DNA of 63,744 bases from Octopus bimaculoides (GCF_001194135.2 NC_069002.1:26357261-26421004), one strand, 5' to 3'. Positions 13,073-26,229 are shown, counted from the stretch's first letter. Translations and numbers: made by a program. Notes: generated by a model from the letters alone, not told the origin.

Positions 13073-13325
13073 GAGGCATGTGGCTAAGTAGTTAGGACAT
13101 TGAACTCATAACCGTAAAAAGGTTGTGGCTTTGATTCCTAGACTGGGTGATGCGTTTGTGTTTTTTGAGCAAAAACACTCTGTTTCATGTTGCTCCAGCT
13201 TGCTCAGCTAAGCAAAAGTGAGTAACCCTACAATGGATTGGTGTCTCATCCAGGTGGGGAAAATGTATGAGCCACGGAAGCTGAGAGACCAGCCCCTTGA
13301 GTCTACATAACTCAGGAAAGACCCC
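13073..13325 (+). mobile_element. SINE family A variant (same head, different 3' half)
   Basis: tRNA-like head plus 'ttgagcaaaaacact...gttgctccagc...ctcagct' body; divergent tail. Confidence 0.7.
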
Positions 13326-13701
13326 TTCTCTCTCTCTATTGTATCTATCAGACATTCTGGGACCTCAGTGATTTTTTTTTTTTTCTGATCAGACCTCAAG
13401 TCTTCTAGACATGACCTGGTTAATCTGTCTTGCTATGAAACTGTATGTCAAACCATTATAGCCCTCACTATTCTATGTCTTTATTGTGGGACAAGCTTTC
13501 CAGATTTTTTTGTTTGATGAAACATATATATACATACTAGCAGCTAAGCCCAGTGTCACCCGGTCAGTTTGGATGATGTGGCTGTAAAAGCTGCTCTGTG
13601 TAAGCATTCGACTTGTTTGGGCATGCTTATGTTAAGAAACAATTTTAGAATAACTTTTTTTCTGTCAAAACACTAAAAATAACTGACCAACAACAAAAAA
13701 A

Positions 13702-13768
13702 AAACAACCAATATTCAACCAAATCAAAAAATAAAAACAACCAATATTCAACCAAATCAAAAAATAAA
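13702..13768. repeat. Two-copy ~33-bp tandem duplication
   Basis: 'aacaaccaatattcaaccaaatcaaaaaataaa' twice. Confidence 0.9.
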
Positions 13769-15153
13769 CCCAAATACTAAGCAAACAAATATGAACCAAC
13801 CCACTTCCATTGTGTATGCACAAGGACACACAAACACACATTCACCATTCACATACCCCCCCCTTTTACATACACACACATATATTCACACAGAGTTGAA
13901 ATGCTGTTTGATTTATTTTTTCAGCATACAATTTTCATCTTCCTACTACCAATTATGACATCACCCCTTCCTTCCTTCCTTATTCATCTATCAGCCCTTC
14001 CTTTCTCATTCATAAACACAAGAGTATCATTATAGTAGATTATCTCAGTAACCATGAGAGCTATGAAAAAAATACAAAGACCAGCATCACCACCAGATCA
14101 TTCTACACATCTGTGTAATTTTTCATGCAATTCCACCCAGCCGTTTGACCGTGAATCCCAAGACAAGAAAGAATCGCCCATGTCAAATTTATATGTATAG
14201 ATATATATATAATCAGCATGTGTCATTCTGAAGATTAGTCTGTTCATGCCCATTGCTATACAATTCTATAAATGGATATACACATGCACATATGTCTATT
14301 TGTATATATTTGTATCTATATATTTTATCTATGTATTTATATTGATGTAACATCTATTATATAACAAACAAGATTACGAAATAGCTGTAATAATTTCGAA
14401 TAAAGATCTACTATATATNNNNNNNNNNNNNNNNNNNNNNNNNNNNNNNNNNNNNNNNNNNNNNNNNNNNNNNNNNNNNNNNNNNNNNNNNNNNNNNNNN
14501 NNNNNNNNNNNNNNNNNNNNNNNNNNNNNNNNNNNNNNNNNNNNNNNNNNNNNNNNNNNNNNNNNNNNNNNNNNNNNNNNNNNNNNNNNNNNNNNNNNNN
14601 NNNNNNNNNNNNNNNNNNNNNNNNNNNNNNNNNNNNNNNNNNNNNNNNNNNNNNNNNNNNNNNNNNNNNNNNNNNNNNNNNNNNNNNNNNNNNNNNNNNN
14701 NNNNNNNNNNNNNNNNNNNNNNNNNNNNNNNNNNNNNNNNNNNNNNNNNNNNNNNNNNNNNNNNNNNNNNNNNNNNNNNNNNNNNNNNNNNNNNNNNNNN
14801 NNNNNNNNNNNNNNNNNNNNNNNNNNNNNNNNNNNNNNNNNNNNNNNNNNNNNNNNNNNNNNNNNNNNNNNNNNNNNNNNNNNNNNNNNNNNNNNNNNNN
14901 NNNNNNNNNNNNNNNNNNNNNNNNNNNNNNNNNNNNNNNNNNNNNNNNNNNNNNNNNNNNNNNNNNNNNNNNNNNNNNNNNNNNNNNNNNNNNNNNNNNN
15001 NNNNNNNNNNNNNNNNNNNNNNNNNNNNNNNNNNNNNNNNNNNNNNNNNNNNNNNNNNNNNNNNNNNNNNNNNNNNNNNNNNNNNNNNNNNNNNNNNNNN
15101 NNNNNNNNNNNNNNNNNNNNNNNNNNNNNNNNNNNNNNNNNNNNNNNNNNNNN

Positions 15154-15197
<44 letters not shown>

Positions 15198-15324
15198 GTA
15201 CTCTGGCTGAAATATGATTAATGTAAAAAATAAAATAAAGCTGAAGCAAATTAACACCAAATATATAGGGCGTGTGTTTTATTGGCTAAACTGGCAACAT
15301 GACCATCCCCAAAAACAACAATAT

Positions 15325-15617
15325 ATATATTACAGAGATGTACTTGCATTGCAAGCAACCTCATCTGAGATCGTGTGCTGGAACGAAAACAATTGCAGCA
15401 CTGACAAAATTCCGTGCTGCATTTTGTCAGCGAACAGATCATGGTCTCAGAGCAATGAAAATATTTTGGTAAATTAGATCTAAATGTTGAAGTGAATCTA
15501 GCAGTTTTTGCGTGTTTTTAAATGGCTTATACACACTTTCCATGCTGCAATTGTTTTCGTTCCAGCTCACAATCTCAGATCAGGTCACTTGCTATGCAAG
15601 TACAGCTCCGTAATATA
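15325..15617. mobile_element. MITE-like element with ~75-bp terminal inverted repeats
   Basis: 15325-15400 pairs with 15543-15617 (about 85% by eye). An internal perfect 10-bp inverted repeat, ctgacaaaat/attttgtcag, lies at 15401-15430. Confidence 0.8.
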
Positions 15618-16139
15618 TGTATATATATACATATATGCATGCAGTGAGCTTCTTTCAGTTTCTGTCTATCAAATCCACTCAGTTGACTTTCAACAGCCTA
15701 GGGCTACCATAGAAGACACTTACGCAACATGCTGCACAGTGGGACTGAACCCTGAATCATGCGGTTGGGAATCTGACTTCTAACCACCCAGCCATGCCTG
15801 TACCTATATGAAACACACTAAAAGTAAAACAGATAAATGGAGATAAAGTCCCATAAATTTTCATAAAGCTTTCTCGTTTCAAAACATTTTAATTTGAACT
15901 GTGAAATAAAATTGTCAGTTAAGCAAAACATCCAATATTTTCTACTGTTAATTATGGAGCATGATCTTTTGGGGCATTTTTTGGTTTTTTTTACACTTGT
16001 TTTTTTTATTCTTTTCAATTTATATTTTGCTGTGTATTTATTTATTTTTTTTTTCCCCTTTTGATGCTTCAAACTTTGTGAAAGTTTATTTTCATTTCTT
16101 ATAAATCCGTATACATGCACACAGCTGTGTACATGCACT

Positions 16140-16330
16140 CATATAAACAAATACTCAGATACACCACATATATATATGCATATAGGTGTATGTATATGTG
16201 TGTGTATATATGTATGTATATATACATATTTATATATATATATATATGCATATGTATGTATGTGTATTTATATGTATGTATATATGTGTATATATGTGTG
16301 TGTGTATGTATATGTGTATATATGTATGTA

Positions 16331-16372
<42 letters not shown>

Positions 16373-16502
16373 TATATATGTGTGTGTATATAAATATATA
16401 TGCACATGTATGTGTATTTATATGTATGTATATATGTCTGTATATATATATATATGTATATATATGTGCATATATAAATATTTATACATACATGTGTATA
16501 GA

Positions 16503-16587
<85 letters not shown>

Positions 16588-16729
16588 ACATGTGTATATA
16601 AAATACATATCTATATTTTATAGACATACATATTTGTGCATATGTATGTAAATGTATATAAATATATATGTGTGTATATGTAGATATGTATGTAATATGT
16701 ATATATGTGTGTGTGTATCCATCTATCTA

Positions 16730-16816
<87 letters not shown>

Positions 16817-17099
16817 TCACACAAACACATGCACTCACATGTTGTTTATTTGTAATATAAAACACATATGAATTCGATAGTTCTACATTTCTTGCTTTGC
16901 ACTGGTTTATACTGGTTTCAATTTAATTTCCCAACTAAAATATTTCACCACAAAAGAGGATTTGAAAAAACCAAAAAAACACCCAAACAAACTAAAAACA
17001 GTACAAGAAATATAATTTAAACTGATTACTCACCATTTTAGATCTAATTTATACAACTACTACTACAGATATGTGTGTGTGTATGTATATATATGAATG

Positions 17100-17148
<49 letters not shown>

Positions 17149-17187
17149 TATATATGAATATGTATGTATATATGTGTGTGTGTGTGT

Positions 17188-17242
<55 letters not shown>

Positions 17243-17314
17243 TATATATATATATGTATGTATTTAAAAATATATGTGTTTATATGCATATATATGTATA
17301 TTTATATACACATA

Positions 17315-17346
<32 letters not shown>

Positions 17347-17382
17347 GGGTGTGTGTATATAAATATATATATACGTACATGC

Positions 17383-17418
<36 letters not shown>

Positions 17419-17870
17419 GTATATTTGTATATGCTATATATACATCAATGTATATATATATATGTGTGTGTGTATAAATATGTGTGTATATATATGTATA
17501 TGTGTATATGTATATATATATATGTGTGTGTATATATATGTGTATATGTATATATATGTGTGTATATATATGTGTATATGTATATATATATATGTATATA
17601 TATATGTATATATATATATGTATATATATATGCGTGTGTATATATATATATGTCTATATGTGTATATATATGTGTGTGTATATATGTATGTGTATATATA
17701 TATGTATGTATATATATATATGTATGTATATGTATGTATATATATATATATATGTATATATGTATATATGTATATGTATATGTATATATGTATGTATATA
17801 TGTATGTATATGTATATATATGTATATATATGTATATATATCTATATACACAGATATATATATCAATCAT
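16140..17870. repeat. Large compound (TA)/(TG)/(CA) microsatellite field
   Basis: About 1.7 kb of interleaved dinucleotide repeats around a short unique island at 16850-17070. Confidence 0.95.
17034..17043 (-). other. Candidate exon end ATG|GTGAGT
   Basis: Minus strand TTAG-ATCTAAAATG|GTGAGTAA: strong donor directly after an AAAATG start context. Confidence 0.25.
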
Positions 17871-18375
17871 CTCTTGCTTTCTCTATGGATATAGAAATAC
17901 AACAAAAAAACAAGAACAAACGAAAACCCAACCCAGCCAGAATTTCCTGAAATTGTTCCTTCCCCAAACTGTATTATGTTATTGCCGTTTACAGAGATTG
18001 CTATTTCACTTCTGTCAGCTTTATTGCAGTTAGAAACATTATGTAAATGTACGTACATGTGTGTGTGCATCTGTGTGTCTGAGAGAGCATGTGTGGATTG
18101 TGTGTGTGTGTGTGTGTGTGGTGTAATTTTACTAATTTCATTTCTCCTATAAACTCAGCTAAATGTCAGATGATATGAGCATTAGGAATGATCAACATCA
18201 TTGTCATTGTTGTTGTTGTTGTCATCATTATCATCATCATCACTGCATTTGGTAATGCCATCATCATCATCATCATCATCATCATGTCTATTTTACAGTA
18301 CCAATTTGGGAATAGACAGGTGATCATTACTGAATAATGTGTTCGTGCCTGGATATATGTATATCCATATGTATA

Positions 18376-18593
18376 CGAGGGGTTACTGAAAAGCTCCTGG
18401 CTTTAAGGGTGTCGCAAAAGGCCTGGTTGCGGGGCCCAACCTTCTGAGTTCTTTTACAGTGCTGAGGAAAATTGAAGGACTGCTGCAATAAGTGTGTGGA
18501 AATGAGAGGGGAATATGTTGGATAAAATCATAATTAAGTGACCCTCCTGTATTTTCTTTTACCCAAAGGCAGGAACCCTTCAGTGCCCCCTCA
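18376..18593 (+). mobile_element. Mariner-derived MITE
   Basis: TA-flanked, imperfect TIRs cgaggggttactgaaaagctcctggcttt / aaaggcaggaacccttcagtgccccctca. The interior encodes the relic KLKDCCNKCVEMRGEYVG*, like the mariner C-terminus KRWxKCIELxGDYVE. Confidence 0.85.
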
Positions 18594-18653
18594 TATATAT
18601 ATGTAGCATGTATGTGAGTGTATATATATATGTATATATATATATATATATAT

Positions 18654-18685
<32 letters not shown>

Positions 18686-18908
18686 TTATGTATATATATG
18701 ACCAGTATCAAACAATCTCTTAATCTACACTTCCGTGTAATGTATATATATATATATATATAGGTGCAGGTGTGGCTGTGTGGTAAGAAGGTTGCTTCCC
18801 TTTAAGGCGCCTTTAAGGTGGTGAGCTGGCAGAATCGTTAGCACGCCGGGTGAAATGCTTAGCAATATTTCATCTGCCGTTACGTTCTGAGTTCAAATNN
18901 NNNNNNNN

Positions 18909-19570
18909 GTGCAGGTGTGGCTGTGTGGTAAGAAGGTTGCTTCCCTTTAAGGCGCCTTTAAGGTGGTGAGCTGGCAGAATCGTTAGCACGCCGGGTGAAA
19001 TGCTTAGCAATATTTCATCTGCCGTTACGTTCTGAGTTCAAATTCCACCGAGGTTGACTTTGCCTTTCATCCTTTCAGGGTCGATAAATTAAGTACCAGT
19101 TATGCACTGGATTCGATGTAATCGGCTTAATCCCTTTGTCTGTCCTTGTTTGTCCCCTCTATGTTTAGCCCTTTGTGGGCAATAAAAAAAAAAAAATTAA
19201 AATAAGAAGGTTGCTTCCCAACCACATGGTTCTGGATTCAGTCTCACTGCATGGTACCTTGGGTAAATGTCTTCTAGTATATCTGCAGGTTGACCATAGT
19301 CATGTGAGTGGATTTGGTAGATGGAAACTGAAAGAAGCCTCTCGTGTGTGTGTGTGTGTGTCTGTATTTGTCCCCCTACCGTCACTTGACAACTGATGTT
19401 GGTGTGTTTAGGACCCCGTAACTTAGTGGTTCGACAAAAGAGATCAATGGAATAATAGGCTTACAAAGAATAAGTCGTGGGGTCGATTTCTCCGAATGCA
19501 AAATGCCTTTAAGGTGGTGCTCCAGCATGGCTGCAGTTAAACATGACTGAAATAAGTAAAAGAATGAAAG
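18909..19570 (+). mobile_element. SINE family C carrying a nested family B SINE (18946-19202) with a 17-bp TSD
   Basis: 'taagaaggttgcttccc' at 18929-18945 and 19203-19219 flanks a family B copy with an A-rich tail; family C resumes afterwards. Confidence 0.92.
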
Positions 19571-19744
19571 AAAAGAAAGAATATGTCTATACCATGGACT
19601 TTCTGCCATTGTTAGGTGATGGACGAAGGTTCCGCAGTTCCTTGCTGTACACAAATCATACAATATGATTTGTGTACAGTGATGAAATGTTCATGCCACT
19701 CATTAGCTCACTCCTTCCATCAAGTGGACATTGCCTGTACAGAA

Positions 19745-21056
19745 GTACAGTGTACCACATGTCAGGTGTTGGAATGATTGCAGAGCAATCCTCCACATTC
19801 AGAAGCAAGCAGTCAGAATGGAATCAGATGAGCCTGCAACCCTGGAACAGACCAGAGTTGTCATAGGCTGGCTGAAGAGTAGAAAGGCAGCAGATGTTGA
19901 TGGCATTACACCAGAGGTATGGAATCATGGAGTCCGGTCCTACATGGTAAATACCATGAGTTCCTCATTGCATGCTGGGAACAGGGCAAGCTGCCACAAG
20001 ATCTCAGCGATGCTGTCATCATTACACTGTACAAAAACAAGAGGAAAAAGTCAGACTGCACAAGCTACCAAGGGTTCACCCTGCTTTCCACTGCGGGAAA
20101 AGATCTAGCAAGATTACTCCTCAAGATTTCTGTCCATCGCTGAAAATCATCTTTCAGAAGGCCTATGTGGTTTCAGAGCGAACAGGGGCACAGCAGATAT
20201 GGTTTCCGTTCTCAGGCAGCTCCAAGAAAAGTGCCGGGAGTAAAACAAACCACTTTATGTAACATTTGTCGATCTGACAAACGCGTTCGACACTGTGAGC
20301 AGGAAAGGTCTGTGGCAGATCCCAAACCGATTTGGCTGTCCCCCAAAATTCTTAATTATGATCATTTAGCTTCAGAAGTATCAACAAGGGCAAGACTACC
20401 TAAATAGCGACATATCAGTGCCATTCCCCATCAACAACGGCCTGAAGCAGGGCTGTGTCCTGGCATCAACTCCCTTCAGCATCTTCTTTAACATGATGCT
20501 CAAGCAGGCCATTGCAGACCTCGACGCTAAAGACGGCTTCTTCCTCCGTACCATTCTCAACATCTCTTGGAGTGACTACATCACCAACACTGAAGTCCTC
20601 GCGCGAGCAAAGGTCACCAGCCTGGAAGCCATTTTACTTGAGACATGACTGCATTTGGCAGGGCACGTTGACAGAATGAAAGACCACTGCCTACCCTAGA
20701 TCATCATGTACAGTGACCTTACTACTGGCCACCGCAAGAGGGGTGCACCAAGGAAGCGTTACAAGGACTGCCTGAAGTAAACCCTTAGCGTTTCGGGACA
20801 TTGATTATCGTAAGTGGTCCACTCTAACAGCAGACCGCGTCCCTTGGCGCCATACCGTCAGCGATGTTGTTTCCTCCTTTGAGGTCTCTCGCAGTCAGAG
20901 GTGAAAAAACAATGCAGCTGCATCACCAGACCTTGAACAACCATACCCCTGTCATCATTGCAATCGGATATGTCGATCCCACATTGGCCTTATTGGCCAC
21001 AAATAAGCGTGCAGACAACAGCCTTCCTAATCTTCATTAGTGAAGCGATGCCAAGA
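19745..21056 (+). mobile_element. RTE (BovB-like) LINE, 5'-truncated, decayed, internally deleted
   Basis: Peptides CWEQGKLPQDLSDAVIITLYKNK, FVDLTNAFDTVSRKGLWQI, PFPINNGLKQGCVLA and LRTILNISWSDYITNTEVL; stops and frameshifts; YADD region absent. Confidence 0.92.
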
Positions 21057-21443
21057 TATATATATATATATATANNNNNNNNNNNNNNNNNNNNNNNNNN
21101 NNNNNNNNNNNNNNNNNNNNNNNNNNNNNNNNNNNNNNNNNNNNNNNNNNNNNNNNNNNNNNNNNNNNNNNNNNNNNNNNNNNNNNNNNNNNNNNNNNNN
21201 NNNNNNNNNNNNNNNNNNNNNNNNNNNNNNNNNNNNNNNNNNNNNNNNNNNNNNNNNNNNNNNNNNNNNNNNNNNNNNNNNNNNNNNNNNNNNNNNNNNN
21301 NNNNNNNNNNNNNNNNNNNNNNNNNNNNNNNNNNNNNNNNNNNNNNNNNNNNNNNNNNNNNNNNNNNNNNNNNNNNNNNNNNNNNNNNNNNNNNNNNNNN
21401 NNNNNNNNNNNNNNNNNNNNNNNNNNNNNNNNNNNNNNNNNNN

Positions 21444-21486
<43 letters not shown>

Positions 21487-22164
21487 AATAATAATGACCA
21501 TAAAGAATATGGAGACTGGTACATCCCATCAGAGGAATTTACTGTGTGAGTGACAACTCCTATTAGTTAAATACTAATCAATGTGGTCAGACCTAACCTG
21601 GAACATAACAGATCTACCAAGGTATCCACCCAGATAATATATCCCTCTAAACTCAAATATGCATGTAAAAAGCACCATCCAAACGTGGTCGATGCCAGTG
21701 GCCCCTGACTGGTTCCCATGCTGATGGTGTGTATATATGTATGTATGTATAAATATAAAGAGAGAGAGAGATTGAGCAAGGGAGATAAATAGACATACTG
21801 TATGTTATATCATGCCATACTATGTAATACTACACTGCTGTATAGTTAGTCTGTTGAGAAAATTTACTCTTCTGTCTTGGGAGATATTTTAAACCTATTT
21901 ATAAATGATTGAATACAGTCTCCGACCATTTTCACCCTCTTTTAAAAGTTTCATTTCAATAACACCAGACACATTGTGCCTAAAGCCTTCCTTCACTGTT
22001 TCAGTTTCCATCGAGAACCGTTTATAGCGCCACTTTGATGTTTTTCTTTCTTCTCTTATTTTCTGTCAGTAGCAGAGATCCAGTCTCGAAATATTCAACA
22101 ACTTTCCTTCAGACCATCTTGTTGTTCCTCTTCTCATCAAAGCCTTCTCATGCTGTTTCTTGAT

Positions 22165-22223
<59 letters not shown>

Positions 22224-23399
22224 TAATTTTATTTTTACCCTCAACTTTATCAAGGGTCTGCTGTTTCATTTGACCTCACTGCGGTTAATGTTTCATTCGA
22301 ATCAATACAAGTTGTTGGTTAAAATTCATGAAATGCCATCTTATACCTGAACCGAAAGTAGTCCTTGGAACCATTGTTGTTGGCCTAATTTGATCAGACT
22401 CTTTTACCTTGCCATATATGAATGGATAACGGTGGCTAACAAGCAAACTCGTTAATACAGTGTCAGAGTGAATGCTTTGCAGTATTTGTTTTAATCTTCT
22501 CTGCTCAGGGTTCAAATCATGTTGAAGTCAGTTTGGCCTTTCATCAATAAAGTACCAGTCAAGTACTGGGGTCAATGTAACCAACTAGGTACCTCCCCGA
22601 GAAGACTGTCAGCCTTGTGTCTTAATTGGAAACAATTAATGAAGATACCCAATTAGAAGAGTTGTTTTGTGGTAATTGTTTCAGTTCCAGTTCTTTTGTG
22701 TGCAAATTCCACCAAGGTCAACTTTACCTTCCGTCTGTTTCAAGGTCAATACATTAAGTACCAGTGCTGTCCTGAGGTCTATTCTCTTTCGCTCTTTTTT
22801 TTTTTTTTTTTTTTTTGTCTATCTGTCTGTGTGTTTCCCTTTCTAGAACATATCAACTGAGATCACACCTAGAGAGGGATGGGCTCTGCCAGGTCTAAAA
22901 ATGCCCAAGGCACACTGAATGTCATAACAGTACCCACTACAACCTGATCAGGAGTTGAGGACTCAAGGCCAGGCATATAAGCAAGTATTGTTAGAAACAT
23001 TGCTTGCTTAATGGGAATTTCTTTCGGTTACAGCACTGAAGAACTTGTATCATCTCGCAGGGGCCAGAACAAATCAACAACAAGCCATCCTAGTGTATTA
23101 TCTCTCATATTACAACACAAAAGCCTAATTTTTTCTTTGTGATTTCAACAATACAAGATCATGTAGAACACGAGATTAGTGACAATGGAAAGTTTCAGAG
23201 GAAAACATTACAACAAAAACAAAAAAGAAATATGAATAGTTTTAAATAGAATTTAATCTAAATTTCTGCTGCAGTAAGATTCAAAAGGCTTGAAAGAACT
23301 CTAAAATACTTTTGTAATAATTTACAGCAAAGGTTTGAATAAATTGATGCATGCTTGCATCTCTTTGTCATAGTTTGAAATGATGGTGCAATGACACTG

Positions 23400-23615
23400 G
23401 TTTCTAATTTTGGCACAAGGCCAGCAATTTTGGGGAGGAGATAAGTCGGCTACATTAACCCCAGTACATGACTGGTACTTATTTTATCGACGCTGAAAGG
23501 AGGAAAGGCAATGTTGACCCCAGCAGCATTTGAACTCAGAATGTAGAGTCAGAAGAAATGCCACTTAGTTTTTTTTGGTCCAGCACAGTAACAGTTCTGC
23601 CAGTTCGCCACCTTG
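23400..23615 (-). mobile_element. SINE family B
   Basis: Collinear with 10720-10935. Confidence 0.85.
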
Positions 23616-24373
23616 TGGTATGAAAATATTTTGAAACTGAACGGCAGGTAACCAAACAATGCTTCAGAATTCATTATCTCTACAGGGAAATTGTTGGCGG
23701 TAATTGTAACCGGGGATAATAACGAACTTGACCCTTCATCTGACATGCTACAATTTTATTTCTTTTTCTTTTTTTTGTGTTATCTATTTCTTATTTTTTG
23801 TTCCCCTCCCCCTACTACATACCCTGCCAATCAAAGCTGGTTTCTTTTTTTAAGGAAAGCCACTGATATGAAAAAGGAGAAATAATAAGGTTTCTCTGTG
23901 TTTTTTTTTAATGGTTTTCTTTTTTTTTTTTGTGCTTTACCCAATTATAAGAAACACGTATTATTTCCTTACAGGGAAATATTTCCTCTTTCATTTCGTT
24001 ACTAGCAACATTTTACAAAGCGTCGGCCTTTTCTCAATCCCTAATGAAAGGACACCTTTTGTTTGGCTTTTTCTTGTTATTTTCTTAAACATAGCCACCA
24101 CCACCACCACTACTACCACTACCACCACCACTACCACCACCACTACTACTGCTACCACCACCAAGAAGATCTTTTACAGACAAGAATGTGGACATTTATT
24201 ACAAATGAAAAGAAGATACAAATTGAAATTCTTTAACAAAATAGTTGAGCATAATGGCTGCAATGCTTTTAATGGATTAGACTTTTGCAGCTAGATGTGC
24301 ATATATCTGTTAGATGTGCATACACATGTTAAATGTGCATATACCTGTTAGATGTGTATGCATTTAATCTTAC

Positions 24374-24490
24374 TCCTGATGTATATATTGGGCGCAGGTT
24401 AACAAGCAGAAAAAGAAAACAAAAATGCCAAAAAAAAGTAAAAAAAAAGACTGCTGCTGCCGAACTGGCTTTGGTATCCAGTGCCAACAT
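24374..24490 (-). CDS. Candidate first coding exon with a hydrophobic leader (MLALDTKASSAAAVFFFTFFWHFCFLFLLVNLRPIYTSG)
   Basis: ATG, 39 open codons, phase-0 donor GGA|GTAAGA. The hydrophobicity derives largely from poly-T runs, so it may be incidental. Confidence 0.2.
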
Positions 24491-24804
24491 TGCAAAGAGG
24501 ATTAATATATTTATTTATCGATGAAAATAATCAAGTGTTTCAATTACTTGTGACATTTCTGCTGTAAGTAATTTCTTAACACACTTGTCTAACTCTCTTA
24601 CCAAATCTGTGGCATTTATAAAATTTTATTTCAAGTGATTTCTCTCCTCTTATAGACTTCTTACTGGCAATGGTTCTGGAATGATGGGGGGAAAAAAATA
24701 TAAATAAACGTTAATGTTTGATTTCATTTTCACTAAGCATTTGTGGCTGGCTTTCATAGAAAAGAGACACCATTGATAAAACTGTTCTTTGTCCTACTTG
24801 CAGT

Positions 24805-25080
24805 ATCATCATCGTCATCATCATCATCATCATCATCGTCATCATCATCATCGTCATCATCATCATCATCATCATTTAATGTCCACTTTTCCATGCTGGC
24901 ATGAGTTGCACAGCTTGACAGTAACTGGCAAGGCCAAGGGCTGTACCAGGTTCCATAGTCTGTTTCACCATGGTTTCTACAACTGGATGCCATTCCTAAT
25001 GCCAACCATTTTACAAAGTGGACTGGGTGCTTTCTATGTGGCACCAGCATCAACACCAATGCTTTTTACGTCGGCACCTT
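24805..25080 (-). mobile_element. RTE 3' tail (family D) with expanded (CAT)n
   Basis: (CAT)n followed by 'ttaatgtccacttttccatgctggcatgag...tttctacaactggatgccattcctaatgcc'. Confidence 0.88.
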
Positions 25081-25108
25081 GGTTTTAGGGCATATAACTG
25101 GCACTTAC

Positions 25109-25183
25109 CGTCTCACTCCTTGATGCACAGTTTGATCTCCTCTGCACACACTTGTGATTTGAACTTAGAGTTGAGGAACGTAG
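25109..25183 (-). CDS. Candidate internal exon, 75 nt
   Basis: Acceptor ATATTTTCTAG|, donor ACG|GTAAGT. Phase 0-0 reads LRSSTLSSNHKCVQRRSNCASRSET; phase 1 reads TFLNSKFKSQVCAEEIKLCIKE*. No homology recognised. Confidence 0.4.
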
Positions 25184-25312
25184 CTAGAAAATATTATACC
25201 ATTTTGTTGGAACTGGCACCAGGGTCTCTAGCACCCTAGGACAGTCTTATAATGGGAGTATCATTCTCCCAGCACTACAAGGAGAACCACTTCTCCCAGT
25301 CAGTGTGCAGCC

Positions 25313-25635
25313 CAGGGCCATCTTAAGGCATTGACACACTGAGCAGTTCTAGTTTATGTATGTTTTAGCTTGCTATCAATAAACAAATGTTATAGGGCCC
25401 AGTACATTCATTTGCCTAAGGGTCTTACAGTCTGGGGTCCAATTCTAATCTGTGTATTCTGTAGCTTGCTGTCAATAAATATATACTATAGGGTCCAGTA
25501 CCCAGGGGCCTCCAGAGTCTAGGGGCCCAGTTCTAATCTATTTATGCCATAGTTTGCTGTCAATAAATGTAGACTATAGGGCCCAGTGCATTGATTTGCC
25601 CCCAGGGACCCTTTCATGCTACTAAGACAGCTTTG
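25313..25635. mobile_element. hAT MITE with an internal ~87-bp triplication
   Basis: TIRs cagggccatcttaag / ctaagacagctttg; 8-bp TSD gtgcagcc (25305-25312) / gtgcatcc (25636-25643); three copies of 'tagcttgctgtcaataaa...ctatagggcccagt'. Confidence 0.85.
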
Positions 25636-26229
25636 GTGCATCCACTTCTTTCAGTCCTTCAATGAGAACCTCCTTCTCCAGTTCTTTTTTTTTTTTTTTT
25701 CAAGGACACCCTCACAACTGGGAAATACAGTTTCAAAATTATCGTTAGGTCACTAGTGAAACATCTCAAGCTTTGTTATTGTGTTTACCACTAAATAAAT
25801 CTGTTACCGAGTAAAATATGAAATAGTCCACACCAAATCATGTGACATGTCATAACATACCCTACGAACCTCTCCCTTCTTCCTCACCCACCCATGTCCT
25901 CCATCCATGTTCTAAGAACAACCTCTTTTTATTACTAAGTGCTCATGTTTTTAATTGGGTCAAGAAATTTTGTATAAGTTATTTGTGGCTCTGCCCTCCC
26001 CCATTTTAGTGCCTTAGGTGATCACCCTCTTTGCCCAATACATAATGACATCCCCCACCACCACTACCCCATCTTACATTTAATCATGTGCTCCATTCTT
26101 TCTAGAATGGAACATTTTAAGTCCACCTCAAGTCATGATTGACCTGGGGTTTCTGCACCAGCAAAGTTGTTGTCCAAAAATGGAGTTGCTTGGGCCAGTG
26201 TTTTTTTTTTTCTTTTATATCTTAAGACA

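Noticed and set aside
16099-18033. [12 protein letters not shown]-rich ORFs up to 289 aa (also 38901-39506, 58221-59024)
   Set aside because: Translations of dinucleotide microsatellites.
18764-19043. Exact 135-bp tandem duplication around a 10-N gap (also 37136-37211 and 44592-44669)
   Set aside because: Identical sequence on both sides of fixed 10-N spacers indicates unmerged contig overlaps, an assembly artefact.
21890-22160. Protein-like minus-strand frame (…METETVKEGFRHNVSGVIEMKLLKEGENGRRLYSIIYK*)
   Set aside because: Interrupted by a stop, no splice signals on that strand, no motif recognised.
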